From Macrostomum hystrix (Eukaryota > Animalia > Platyhelminthes): a DNA stretch of 64,000 nt. Below the pieces are notes generated by a model. It saw only the letters and a list, made by a program, of their open reading frames with translations, was not told the DNA's origin and did not search any database. Every line of letters begins with the position of its first letter. The stretch's first letter is position 1. Both the position numbers and the translations under genes were made by a program. Below are positions 1 through 13,200 of the stretch, in pieces. The stretch lies in assembly GCA_950097015.1 (NCBI GenBank), contig CATNEN010000008.1:1798001-1862000 (forward strand), given 5' to 3'.

Positions 1-205
1 CATCCTCAGATCTTCCCCAACTTGAGGGATTTTCTCATCCTCAGATCTTCCCCAACTTGAAGGATTTTCTCATCCTCAGATCTTCCCCAACTTGAGGGAT
101 TTTCTCATCCTCAGATCTTCCCCAACTTGAGGGATTTTCTCACCCTCAGATCTTCCCTAACTTGAGGGATTTTCTCATCCTCAGATCTTCCCCAACTTGA
201 GGTAT
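1..205. repeat. Minisatellite, 35-bp unit CATCCTCAGATCTTCCCCAACTTGAGGGATTTTCT, about 6 copies, truncated by the window edge
   Basis: Direct tandem periodicity. Confidence 0.95.
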
Positions 206-2010
206 TCCAGCAATCGTCTAATTCCAGTAATCTTCTAATTCCAGTAATCGTCTAATTCCAGCAATCGTCTAATTCCAGTAATCTTCTAATTCCAGTAATC
301 GTCTAATTCCAGCAATCGTCTAATTCCAGTAATCTTCTAATTCCAGTAATCGTCTAATTCCAGAATCGTCTAATTCCAGTAATCGTCTAATTCCAGCAAT
401 CGTCTAATTCCAGCAATCTTCTAATTCCAGCAATCGTCTAATTCCAGCAATCGTCTAATTCCAGTAATCTTCTAATTCCAGCAATCGTCTAATTGCAGTA
501 ATATTCTAATTCCAGCAATCGTCTAATTCCAGTAATCTTCTAATTCCAGCAATCGTCTAATTGCAGCAATCGTCTGATTCCAGCAATCTTCTAATTCCAG
601 TAATATTCTAATTCCAGTAATCGTCTAATTCCAGCAATCGTCTAATTCCAGCAATCGTCTAATTCCAGCAATCTTCTAATTCCAGCAATCGTCTAATTCC
701 AGCAATCGTCTAATTCCAGCAATCTTCTAATTCCAGCAATCGTCTAATTCCAGCAATCGTCTAATTCCAGCAATCGTCTAATTCCAGTAATATTCTAATT
801 CCAGCAATCGTCTAATTGCAGCAATCGTCTGATTCCAGCAATCTTCTAATTCCAGTAATATTCTAATTCCAGTAATCGTCTAATTCCAGCAATCGTCTAA
901 TTCCAGCAATCGTCTAATTCCAGCAATCTTCTAATTCCAGCAATCGTCTAATTCCAGCAATCGTCTAATTCCAGAATCGTCTAATTCCAGTAATATTCTA
1001 ATTCCAGCAATCGTCTAATTCCAGCAATCTTCTAATTCCAGCAATCGTCTAATTCCAGCAATCGTCTAATTCCAGCAATCGTCTAATTCCAGTAATATTC
1101 TAATTCCAGCAATCGTCTAATTCCAGCAATCTTCTAATTCCAGTAATATTCTAATTCCAGCAATCGTCTAATTGCAGCAATCGTCTAATTCCAGCAATCT
1201 TCTAATTCCAGCAATGGTCTAATTCCAGCAATCGTCTAATTCCAGCAATCGTCTAATTCCAGCAATCTTCTAATTCCAGCAATCGTCTAATTCCAGCAAT
1301 CGTCTAATTCCAGCAATCTTCTAATTCCAGCAATCGTCTAATTCCAGCAATCGTCTAATTCCAGAATCGTCTAATTCCAGTAATATTCTAATTCCAGTAA
1401 TCGTCTAATTCCAGCAATCTTCTAATTCCAGCAATCGTCTAATTCCAGCAATCGTCTAATTCCAGCAATCGTCTAATTCCAGTAATATTCTAATTCCAGC
1501 AATCGTCTAATTGCAGCAATCGTCTAATTCCAGCAATCTTCTAATTCCAGTAATATTCTAATTCCAGCAATCGTCTAATTGCAGCAATCTTCTAATTCCA
1601 GCAATCTTCTGATTCCAGCAATCTTCTAATTCCAGCAATGGTCTAATTCCAGCAATCGTCTAATTCCAGCAATCGTCTAATTCCAGCAATCGTCTAATTC
1701 CAGCAATCGTCTAATTCCAGAATCGTCTAATTCCAGTAATATTCTAATTCCAGTAATCGTCTAATTCCAGCAATCTTCTAATTCCAGTAATCGTCTAATT
1801 CCAGCAATCTTCTAATTCCAGCAATCGTCTAATTCCAGCAATCGTCTAATTCCAGCAATCGTCTAATTCCAGTAATATTCTAATTCCAGCAATCGTCTAA
1901 TTGCAGCAATCGTCTAATTCCAGCAATCTTCTAATTCCAGCAATGGTCTAATTCCAGCAATGGTCTAATTCCAGCAATCGTCTAATTCCAGCAATCTTCT
2001 AATTCCAGGA
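206..2010. repeat. Minisatellite, 17-bp unit ATTCCAGCAATCGTCTA, about 105 copies
   Basis: Direct tandem periodicity with recurring variants. Confidence 0.97.
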
Positions 2011-2649
2011 ATCAAGCGAGAATTCATGACTAAAATGAACTAAAAAAATAACGAATTGACATACTTAATTTTTTTAACAATAGACGAACAAAAACATCTT
2101 GTATGTTATATTATTATTTATATGGATAATGTCACATTAAAACAATAAGCTCAGAAAAATAAGCATATTTATAATCATTTTAACAGCATAACAATTATGT
2201 AAATCCAGCAAATAAGGAAAAAAATTCGTTAACACTTTGAGATTTGACAACACTTTCACGCCGGTAAATTAGGACTGTCAATCAATCAAATATGAAAACT
2301 AGATCGAGCAATAAAGCTGACTTGATTCCAATGCTTCAAATCAAAGTACATACAACACAAATTTACAGATAACAAATTATAAAGACTCGCTGTCATGCTA
2401 CTCTTAGTAACACTAGAACATATGCTAAGACAAAAAAGCGTGTCGACAGTCATCAGTGTCTAGTTGGCTGGCTGTACAAACCGCAAAGCAAGGTGGGCAG
2501 TGGTACTGGGAAAAGTTGAGACTTTAATTTAATCAAAGAGCATTGTTAGCTAACTGCTTGGTGTGAAAGACGCGAAGAAGCGGATAAGACTCAACCTAGT
2601 CAGTTTACCTCGGGACCACAATGCTGTTCGACTTTTCATGCATTTCACT

Positions 2650-3130
2650 CTCTGTCACTCAATCAGCTTTAAGCACTCTCATTCTGTCACTCTCTCTCGC
2701 TCACTCTCTCGAGTTTAAGCACTCTTATTCTGTCACTCTCTCTCGCTCACTCTCTCGAGTTTAAGCACTCTCATTCTTTCACTCTCTCTCGCTCACTCTC
2801 TCGAGTTTATAAGCACTCTCATTCTGTCACTCTCTCTCGCTCACTCTCTCGAGTTTAAGCACTCTTATTCTGTCACTCTCTCGCTCGCTCTCTCGAGTTT
2901 AAGCACTCTCATTCTTTCACTCTCTCTCGCTCACTCTCTCGAGTTTAAGCACTCTCATTCTGTCACTCTCTCGCTCACTCTCTCGAGTTTAAGCACTCTC
3001 ATTCTGTCACTCTCTCGCTCACTCTCATAAGTTTAAGCACTCTCATTCTGTCACTCTCTCAGTCACTCTCATAAGTTTAAGCACTCTCATTCTGTCACTC
3101 TCTCAGTCACTCTCATAAGTTTAAGCACTC
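2650..3130. repeat. Minisatellite, about 46-bp unit GAGTTTAAGCACTCTCATTCTGTCACTCTCTCTCGCTCACTCTCTC
   Basis: About 10 tandem copies. Confidence 0.93.
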
Positions 3131-3944
3131 TGCCGATAAAAGTTTAAGATTGGAAATAGAAGCTCGCTTTAGGAGTTTAAGAAGCTTAAAATAAACCTGA
3201 GCGATGCGAAGGTAAAATAATGATGAAAATTAAATTACAATAAGAGTACATTGACTGCGACGACAAGAAAAAAATTAAGCCTAAAAGCTTACGCGACTCA
3301 CGCTACTAATCACTTACGACATCTAAGTAGTAGATATCGATCACTAAAAGAAAACAATAAAATTCTGATCCTAAAGAGTAAGATCAACTTTAAAAAGATA
3401 TTGGACAATTATTTTTTTGAATTGTAAATATGGCACATAAGCGATACTTAATAGATAGATATGCTAAGCGCTATACTAAAATATAAATTACTTCCATAAA
3501 AGTTTAGACTGGCCATTCTGAAGCATAATAAGCATGTAACTGTAAGCGTTACGAATTAGCAGTAAATAGGTATATAATTGTCAGAAAAAAGCTAACGACT
3601 ATGAAAACCTCGCTTATTTATGTCAACCTGCTTGCTATACACATATAACTAGGGCTTAAAGAAAAAAATATAAAAATTGACTATTATATTTACCTGGACT
3701 TGCAGGTAGGACATGGCTTCGGAGGGTAAAACACGAAAAATTAAGCATTGATGCCAAAAAAACCCGATGAAATCTCAATTGTATCGAAAAATCATTTTAA
3801 CATGATATTTCTTCAGAAAAACATCCACATTATTGTCAGGGTTATCCACATTGTCCACAATATCCACACTTTCTTTTTGGTTGACGTGATTATCTGTGTG
3901 AACCATAAAACTTAACCACAACACTCATTTAATCATACGCTCGT

Positions 3945-4222
3945 AATCAGAATGATGTCATAATCAGGATGACGTCATTATCAGGATGACGTTATCGGGA
4001 CGACTTCATTATCAGGATGACGTCATTATCAGGATGACGTCATTATCAGCATGACTTCATTATCAGGATGACGTCATTATCAGGATGACGTCATTATCAG
4101 CATGACTTCATTATCAGCATGACTTCATTATCAGGATGACGTCATTATCAGCATGACTTCATTATCAGGATGACGTCATTATCATCATGACTTCATTATC
4201 AGGATAACGTCATTATCAGGAT
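3945..4222. repeat. Minisatellite, 17-bp unit CATTATCAGGATGACGT, directly downstream of the MYLIP stop
   Basis: About 16 copies; junctions create TGACGTCA. Confidence 0.95.
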
Positions 4223-4239
4223 TACCTCATAGAAGCAAT

Positions 4240-7200
4240 TTAAGCATTCCATGGGGCAAAGAATGCCTGCCGAGATTCTATCTTCTTCCGGCAGAGCGGG
4301 CAGTCGCTGAGCCGCTCGGAGCAGTCGCGGCAGGCCAGCATGTGGCCGCAGGGGATGAAGACTACGCCAATGCCGCTGTCGATGCAGATGCGGCAGAGGC
4401 GCGCTTGTTCCAGAAATTGCAGCTTCTCTCTCAGGTGGGCAACCTGGAATGGGCAATTTCCAATTAATCAGTCTTCACTTCATTATCAGTAGAATTCACA
4501 AACTCTCAACTTTAGAACCCTTTAATCTTCAGTTTCAGAATTCCCAAATCCTCAGTTTCAGAGTCCCCAAATCCTCATTTTCAGAATCCCCAAATCCTCA
4601 TTTTCAGAATCCCCAAATCCTCATTTTCAGAGTCCCCAAATCCTCATTTTCAGAATCCTCAAATCCTCATTTTAAGAATCCCTAAATCCTCATTTTAAGA
4701 ATCTCTAAATAGACACTTTCAGAATCCCCAAATCCGCACTTTCAGAATCCCCAAATCCTCATTTTCAGAATCCCCAAATCTTCAGTTTTATCATCCCCAA
4801 ATCCTCAGCTTTATAATCCCCAAATCCTCAGTTTCAGAATCATTGAATCCTCATTTTAAGAATCCCTAAATAGACACTTTCAGAATCCCCAAATCCACAG
4901 TTTCAGAATCCCTAAATCCCCAATTTCAGAATCCCCAAATCCTCAGTTTCAGAATCCCCAAATCCTCATTTTAAGAATCCCTAAATCCTAATTTTAAAGA
5001 ATTCCTTAAATCCTCATTTTAAGAATCCCTAAATCCTAATTTTAAAGAATTCCTTAAATCCTCATTTTAAGAATCCCTAAATCCTAATTTTAAAGAATTC
5101 CTTAAATCCTCATTTTAAGAATCCCTAAATCCTCAGTTTCAGAATCCCCAAATCCTCAGTTTCAGAATCCCCAAATCCTCAGTTTCAGAATCCCCAAATC
5201 CTCAGTTTAAGAATCCCGAAATTGAAGAATTTCAGAACAATCAACCAACCTCATCAAGTTCTCGATGATTGCCGCTGCTGTTTCCGGAGGCGGCGGAGTC
5301 AGCACTATCAACAGCCGGATTCGCTGTCACAGCAGAAGAGCTTGCCGATATTGGCGGCAGCTGCTGTGGTGGCGATGGCGAATCATCAAAGCTGAATGCG
5401 CCGCCAGTTGATGAGGTGGGCGAATTGGCAGCCGAGTTGCATCGATAAAGCCTCCGCCTGGCGTCGTCGTGAACCTCCTTGGCTGTGCGTTGAATGTCGA
5501 ACACGAAGTCTCTGACTGGAAAGGAGGGAATTTAGTATTTATTCGACTTTAATTTCAATATGATTGAAAGTTAATTTTGTTTGATAAAAATTCGTCAACT
5601 TTTTTCATTTTTCTACTTTCAGTAGTGTAGTTTGGTAAATGTGGCGTTTTATAGTTTGAGAAAACTTTTCTGTTTTTTCTTCCTGAAAATTTCTCGCGAC
5701 ATTTGAGTTTATGCGATCGTATTAACGAAAGCCAGATTTGTCTGGCAGAAATGTCCCCGGATTATCTTTCACATTAATCAGAAAACGGGATCAATAGAAG
5801 GTTAGAAATCGCTAGAAAAGAACGAGAGCTGAAGAAAGAAACAGAAAAATTGACAGACAAATTTCTGCTTGGCCTTGGAAGTTTTGACTCAAATCTGCAC
5901 TCTTACAGCTGCTGACGCACTTCTTTGCCACTAACGTGTTAAGTCAATATCAAAACAGGAATTAGGAGATATCAGTGCGAGGGCAGAACCTCGGCTAAGT
6001 ACAGGAATAGTGAACGATTAGTTCGCCGTGCGTCACTGGTCACGTGACTACCTTCTAATCGCATTAAAAAGCTAATTTTGTATTCAAGACAAACTGGTTG
6101 ATCTAATGCAAGTAGATGAAAGAATTATCATAATTAGTCAACTGTAAATGAAAAAGTATACATTACAGGATAATTCATGCATAACCCCGAGGTCTAAGGA
6201 CTGACTCAGCGCATAGAGAAATGCTAATTTGGTGCAGACATTGATTTTGTTATTTTTTAACTTAAAAAGTACCGTTACTAGTGCATGGCTGATAACTTTA
6301 GATTTTTTGTTAGAAAGAACTTATTGAGTCATTCTACTCTACTCTCTACTCAATCTACTCTACTCTCTACTCAATCTACTCTCTCTCTACTCAATCTACT
6401 CTACTCTCTACTCAATCTACTCTACTCTCTACTCAATCTACTCTCTCTCTCTACTCAATCTACTCTACTCTCTACTCAATCTACTCTACTCTCTACTAAA
6501 TCTACTCTACTCTCTACCAAATCTACTCTACTCTCTACTCAATCTACTCTACTCTCTACTCAATCTACTCTACTCTCTACTCAATCTACTCTCTCTCTAC
6601 TCAATCTACTCTACTCTCTACTCAATCTACTCTACTCTCTACTCAATCTACTCTCTCTCTACTCAATCTACTCTACTCTCTACTCAATCTACTCTACTCT
6701 CTACTAAATCTACTCTACTCTCTACCAAATCTACTCTACTCTCTACTCAATCTACTCTACTATCTACTCAATCTACTCTACTCCCTACTCAATCTACTCT
6801 AGTCTCTACTCAATCTACTCTAGTCTCTACTCAATCTACTCTACTCTCTACTAAATCTACTCTACTCTCTACCAAATCTACTCTACTCTCTACTCAATCT
6901 ACTCTACTATCTACTCAATCTACTCTACTCCCTACTCAATCTTACTCTCTACTCAATCTACTCTAGTCTCTACTCAATCTTACTCTCTACTCAATCTACT
7001 CTAGTCTCTACTCAATCTACTCTACTCTCTACTAAATCTACTCTACTCTCTACCAAATCTACTCTACTCTCTACCAAATCTACTCTACTATCTACTCAAT
7101 CTACTCTACTCCCTACTCAATCTTACTCTCTACCAAATCTACTCTACTCTCTACTAAATCTACTCTACTCTCTACTCAATCTACTCTACTCTCTACTCAA

Positions 7201-10200
7201 TCTACTCTACTCTCTTCTCAATCTACTCTACTCTCTACTAAATCTACTCTACTCTCTACCAAATCTACTCTACTCTCTACTCAATCTATTCTACTCTCTA
7301 CCAAATCTACTCTACTCTCTACTAAATCTACTCTACTATCTACTCAATCTACTCTACTCTTTACTCAATCTTACTCTCTACTCAATCTACTCTACTCTCT
7401 ACTCAATCTACTCTACTCTCTACTCAATCTACTCTACTCTCTACTCAATCTACTCTACTCTCTACTCAATCTACTCTACTCTCTACTCAATCTACACCAG
7501 TCTCTACTCAATCTACTCTACTCTCTACTCAATCTACTCTATTCTCTACTCAATCTACTCTACTCTCTACTCAATCTATTTTACTCTCTACTCAATCTAC
7601 TCTACTCTCTACTCAATCTACTCTAGTCTCTACTCAATCTACTCTACTCTCTACTCAATCTACTCTACTCTCTACTCAATCTACTCTAGTCTCTACTCAA
7701 TCTACTCTACTCTCTACTCTCTACTCTACTTAAGCTACTCTACTCTCCAATCAATATACTATTCTCTGTCTACTCTTATCTACTTATCTGAGATGTGAAC
7801 TAGTGTAAACTATTTTAAACTAGTTTATCTGTGATTTTTACCCCCAGTGAGTAGTCACGCGCACTCTGCCTTAGTGATTTACAGCCCTACTAGCAGGAAC
7901 TATGCCGGTAAGGGAGAGACGAAAAACAAGCACTAAAATATAGGAATGGGAAGTGAGGACAGTGAGAATAAAATTAAATGCTTTGATCCTACTAAGCTAG
8001 CTGTGATGACGTCAATTGTTGAAGTACGTCATTCTCCCCTTCCTATATTCTCCCCACAGTGTTTTCTAGACCCCCCAGCGTTCCTAGATCCTACATAATA
8101 TCCTAAAAACAGCGCAAGTTCAGTGTGGAACCAGAGGATGTGGAGTGAGTGGGGATCAGTACAAGTCGGTCGGCGAATGTGCAAATGTCAAATAGCTGAG
8201 GCAAGACAAAACGGCTAATAAATCATTTCGTAGGGTTCCTGCGCCTTGCACTTTAATCTTCAATCATTGCGCAGATGGATGGAAGACAGTGTCAATAAGA
8301 GACCATTACAAATAAGGAGAATGGAATAGTAACGAAACTTGTAGATATAAGTACTCGAAAATGGCTAGAGGAAAGTTCAAAATAGCAAAGTTAGAGAAAG
8401 AAGGAGAAAGAAGAAAAGGGAGAGGCAGAAGGAGAGGGAGAGAGGGAGAAGTAGAGGGAGAAGGAGAGGGAGAGGGAGAGTGAGGGAGAGAAAGAGAGGG
8501 TGGGAGAGGCAGGAGAGGAAGAGAGTGAAGAGAAGGAGAAGGTGAGGGAGGGAGAGAGAGAGGGAGTGAGGGATAGAGAGGGAGAAGGTGAAAGAGAGGG
8601 AAAGGTAGAAGGAGAGGGAGGGGGGAGAGGGAGAGGGAGAGTGAGAGGGAGAGAGAGGGAGACGGCGAGGGAGAGGGAGAGGGAGAGGGAGAGCGAGAGG
8701 GAGAGGGAGAGGGAGAGGGAGAGGGAGAGGGAGAGGGAGAGGGAGAGCGAGAGGGAGAGCGAGAGGGAGAGGGAGAGGGAGAGGGAGAGGGAGAGGGAGA
8801 GGGAGAGGGAGGAGGAGGAGAGGGAGGGGGAGAGGGAGAGTGAGAGGGAGAGAGAGAGGGAGAGAGAGGGAGAGGGAGAAGGAGAGGGAGAGGGAGAGGG
8901 AGAGAGAGAGGGAGATGGAGAAGGAGACGGAGATAACGATTGAAAAGTTTTATATAGAAAGGAATTGGGGGATAATAGAAAGAGGGTAAAACAGCAAAGC
9001 TATATTGTCAAAGAGAGATACAGGAGTGTATTAATTAGCTAGCTATTGAAGTTAAACTGGTACAAAGAGAGGTTAAAAGAAGAAGGTGCTGCTGCAACAC
9101 CAAGCCAGCAGATTAGAGCACGCAGGACTCACCCGTGGCATTGTCGTGCTCGGTGAAGAATGACACCAGAGCGCCTTTGATGTCGCGGCAAGTCTGGGCG
9201 GACACATCCGAGCGTACAGTGTCGCAGCGAAAGAAACTATGAGTCTCAGTGACGCACCGATAGAGACCGTTGGCCGCCTTCTGCGAGACCAGGCGATAGC
9301 CGACTTCCTTCACCATGCCATTCTCCTGACTCAGCGACAGGTACAGCACTCGATCGCTGATTGTCACCTTCTGTACGCGTGGATAGGGATACCTGAGGAG
9401 AGGCAATTATGAGTTGAGGATTAGAATCTCAATCTTTTATTCTATTTCTAGATCTCAGTTATATCATCGATACATCGGATGTACTTCAATTTAATATCCA
9501 TAAGATTCGGGACACAAAAGCTATCCCTAATTCCTAATTACGGATTCTAGATTTTCAGTGTCACATATTTTAAATCCCAGATTCCAAATCTAAGACTCAA
9601 AATCCCAGATTCCGAATTTCAGATTTCAAATCCAAGATTCTAAATCCGAGATTCTAAATCCCAGATTCGAAATCCAAGAATCGAAATCCCAGATTCCAAA
9701 TCCCAGATTCTAAATCCCAGATTCTAAATCCCAGATTCTAAATTCCATACTCGAAATCCGAGACTCAAAATCCCAGATTCCAAATCCCATATTCTAAATC
9801 CCAGATTCAAAATTCCAGATTTGAAATCCCGGATTCAAAATTCCATATTCGAAATCCTAAATTCTAAAATCCCAGAATCGAAATCCCAGATTCAAAATCC
9901 CAGATTCAAAATCCCAGATTCAAAATCCCAGATTCAAAATCCCAGATTCAAAATCCCAGATTCAAAATCCCAGATTCAAAACCCCAGATTCCAAATTCCA
10001 TACTCGAAATCCCAGATTCAAAATCCCAGATTCAAAACCCCAGATTCCAAATTCCATACTCGAAATCCCAGACTCTAAATCCCAGATTCCAAATCCCATA
10101 TTCTAAATCCCAGATTCAAAATAAACCCTAGATTCTAAAATCCCAGATTCTAAATCCCAAAATCGAAATCCCATTTTTTACGTCAAATCCAATATTCTGG

Positions 10201-13200
10201 ATCTCAGAAAAAGAGAGAGAATGAAGACACTTGCAGAGTAAGCAAGCCAACCAATGCGCTTCGTTAGCTAAATTGATTTCGAAAATATCGATCGATAATT
10301 TTTTACATAAAACAGAACGGGGAAGTGGGAGATTGTCAGCAATACGACAGGCATGGCCACTGTCTGCCTGTAAAAGACACTGAAAAATAGAGGAGACAGC
10401 TGTGAGATCGATCTAAAAGTACAAAGCTAGGACCGTGTTATGAGCTCAGCGGGGAATTTCAACTGTGCCTTATAAAAGTATACGGATAAATTTCTTAAAT
10501 ATTTCTGGATTTTAGTCATCCCAAATAGGAAACTATCCTACAGTGACGCCAAGCTGTCCGGCTGGGTCAACAAAATTGTCCCAAACTTCGCGACAAGCAA
10601 CTAATCTTCCCTAACGGTCATGGCTTCCCTAACGGTCATGGCTTCCCTAACGGTCATGGCTTCCCTAACGGTCATGGCTTCCCTAACGGTCATGGCTTCC
10701 CTAACGGTCATGGCTTCCCTAACGGTCATGGCTTCCCTAACGGTCATGGCTTCCCAAACGGTCATGGCTTCCCAAACGGTTATGGCTTCCCTAACGGTCA
10801 TGGCTTCCCTAACGGTCATGGCTTCCCAAACGGTCATGGCTTCCCAAACGGTCATGGCTTCCTAATGGTTATGGCTTCCCTAACGGTCATGGCTTCCCTA
10901 ACGGTCATGGCTTCCTTAACGGTCATAGCTTCCCTAACGGTCATGGCCTCCCTAAAGGTCATGGCTTCCCTAAAGGTCATGGCTTCCCAAACGGTCATGG
11001 CTTCCCTAAAGGTCATGGCTTCCCTAAAGGTCATGGCTTCCCAAACGGTCATGGCTTCCCTAACGGTCATAGCTTCAAGCAAAATTTAAGTGATGAGTCA
11101 TCAAATGAGTCGCTTCGCTCACCTATCCAGCACGTGTTTATTCTCTTTGCAGACGCAAATGGCCGACGGACCAACGGCGATGCTCAGCTTGTTCTCGTAG
11201 CAGTCCTTCACCTCGTGATAGTGGCTGCCGTACATTGGCAGGCCGGCTGCCAGCTGCAGCAGTCGGTACTCCGCCGCGGCAGGGGTCATACCGGACAGGC
11301 GCCTTGGGATTTCAGGGTTTTCAGGGTCAGAACACGCTGGTGAACATGGGATTTGTGTGTTTGTGAATGGGGATCACGGGATTTGTGTGTTTGTGAATGG
11401 GGATCATGGGATTTATGTGTTTTGGAATGGGGATCATGGGAATTATGTGTTTTGGAATGGGGATCATGGGATTTGTGTGTTTGTGAATGGGGATCATGGG
11501 ATTTGTGTGTTTGTGAATGGGGATCACGGGATTTGTGTGTTTGTGAATGGGGATCACGGGATTTGTGTGTTTGTGAATGGGTATCATAGGATTTGAGTGT
11601 TTGAGAGTTGGGATCATGGGATTTCGGTGGTGGTGACCTTTTGACGCAGGGACTTGATTTTTCAGAATCATGGGATCCTGGTTTTTGAGATCATTGGCTT
11701 TGGATTTCGGGGTCAGGCGACTTTTTGTCCAGGAAACCGAACTGTATGTATCTCGGGATCTCGTGATATTCGAAACTTGGGGATATTTAGGACTGTTGGG
11801 ATCTAAGTAGATTGGCAAGTTGCTAGGCCAGACCTGTGTGCCTCGGCCGTAGCGGCGATCATCTCAGTGGGAATGTCGCCGGGTTCTCGCCAGTACTTCT
11901 GATACTTGATGGGCGTGCGCCTTGGATCGAAATCCCCGAATTCAGCCTGGGCCAGCAGGGCAATGAGCAGCTCGGGGGTCAGACCGGCGGCTGCCGGCTG
12001 CGGCGCTGATGAAACGGAACTATTCGCCGCCAAACTTGACGACGGTGACTCGTCGACGGAGGCTACTGATGTTGACGGGGCGTGCAGGTGACGCCAGTCC
12101 TCTAGGGGAATCCAGCTGCCGTGTTCGATGAGCTGGCTGCGCACGTCCAGAAAGAACAGGTGCCTGCGGAACACGTAGGCAACCTGATTGGACTCAACGC
12201 GTCACGTGACTTATTGGAGACCAAATCAAGATGCTAATGAGCAACTCAAGATGATAATGACCAACTCAAGATGATAATGACCAACTCAAGATGATAATGA
12301 CTAACTCAAGATGATAATGACCAACTCAAGATGATAATGACCAACTCAAGATGAGAATGACCAACTTAGGATGATAATGACCAACTCAAGATGATAATGA
12401 CCAACTCGGGATGATAATGACCAACTCAGGATTATAATGACCAACTTAGGATGATAATCACCAACTCAAGATGATAATGACCAACTCAAAAAGATAATGA
12501 CCAACTCAAGATGATAATGACCAACTCAAGAGGATAATGACCAACTCAGGATGATGATGATGACAAAACGGAGTTGTCGACAACAAATTTCAGTAAAAAA
12601 TATCTAATAGAAGGCTTCATGTGGGCTCACCTAGTTTCCTCTTGCAGCAGCATGTGGGGCTGCACAAAAAACTTCACCCTCAGCTGCATTCGAGGTACAG
12701 GCGGACCCACTGGCAACTGTTTGAATAGTCGATTCCTGGTGTTGACCCACAGCTCTTCTTGTTTAGCGCCGAAGTAGGTCAAGCCAAAGTAGTCCACTTC
12801 TTCCACTATTCCCAGGCTATTGCAGATCTGGTTTTCAGGTAAGAATGATTTAAGCTTGATTGCTTGAGTGAGTTTAGTGGAAGCTTTCGAATTTGATTCC
12901 ATGACCACCCGATTTTTAGGGTTCGATTCTATGATAACCCGATCCTTCAGGGTTCGATTCCATGACCATCCGATATTTCAGGGTTCGATTCCCTGACCAC
13001 CCGATTCTTCAGGGTTCGATTCCATAATAACCAGATTCTTCAGGGTTCGATTCCATAATAACCAGATTCTTCAGGGTTCGATTCCATAATAACCCGATCC
13101 TTCAGGGTTCGATTCCATAATAACCCGATCCTTCAGGGTTCGATTCCATGACCACCCGATTCTTCATGGTTCGATTCCATAATAACCCGATCCTTCAGGG

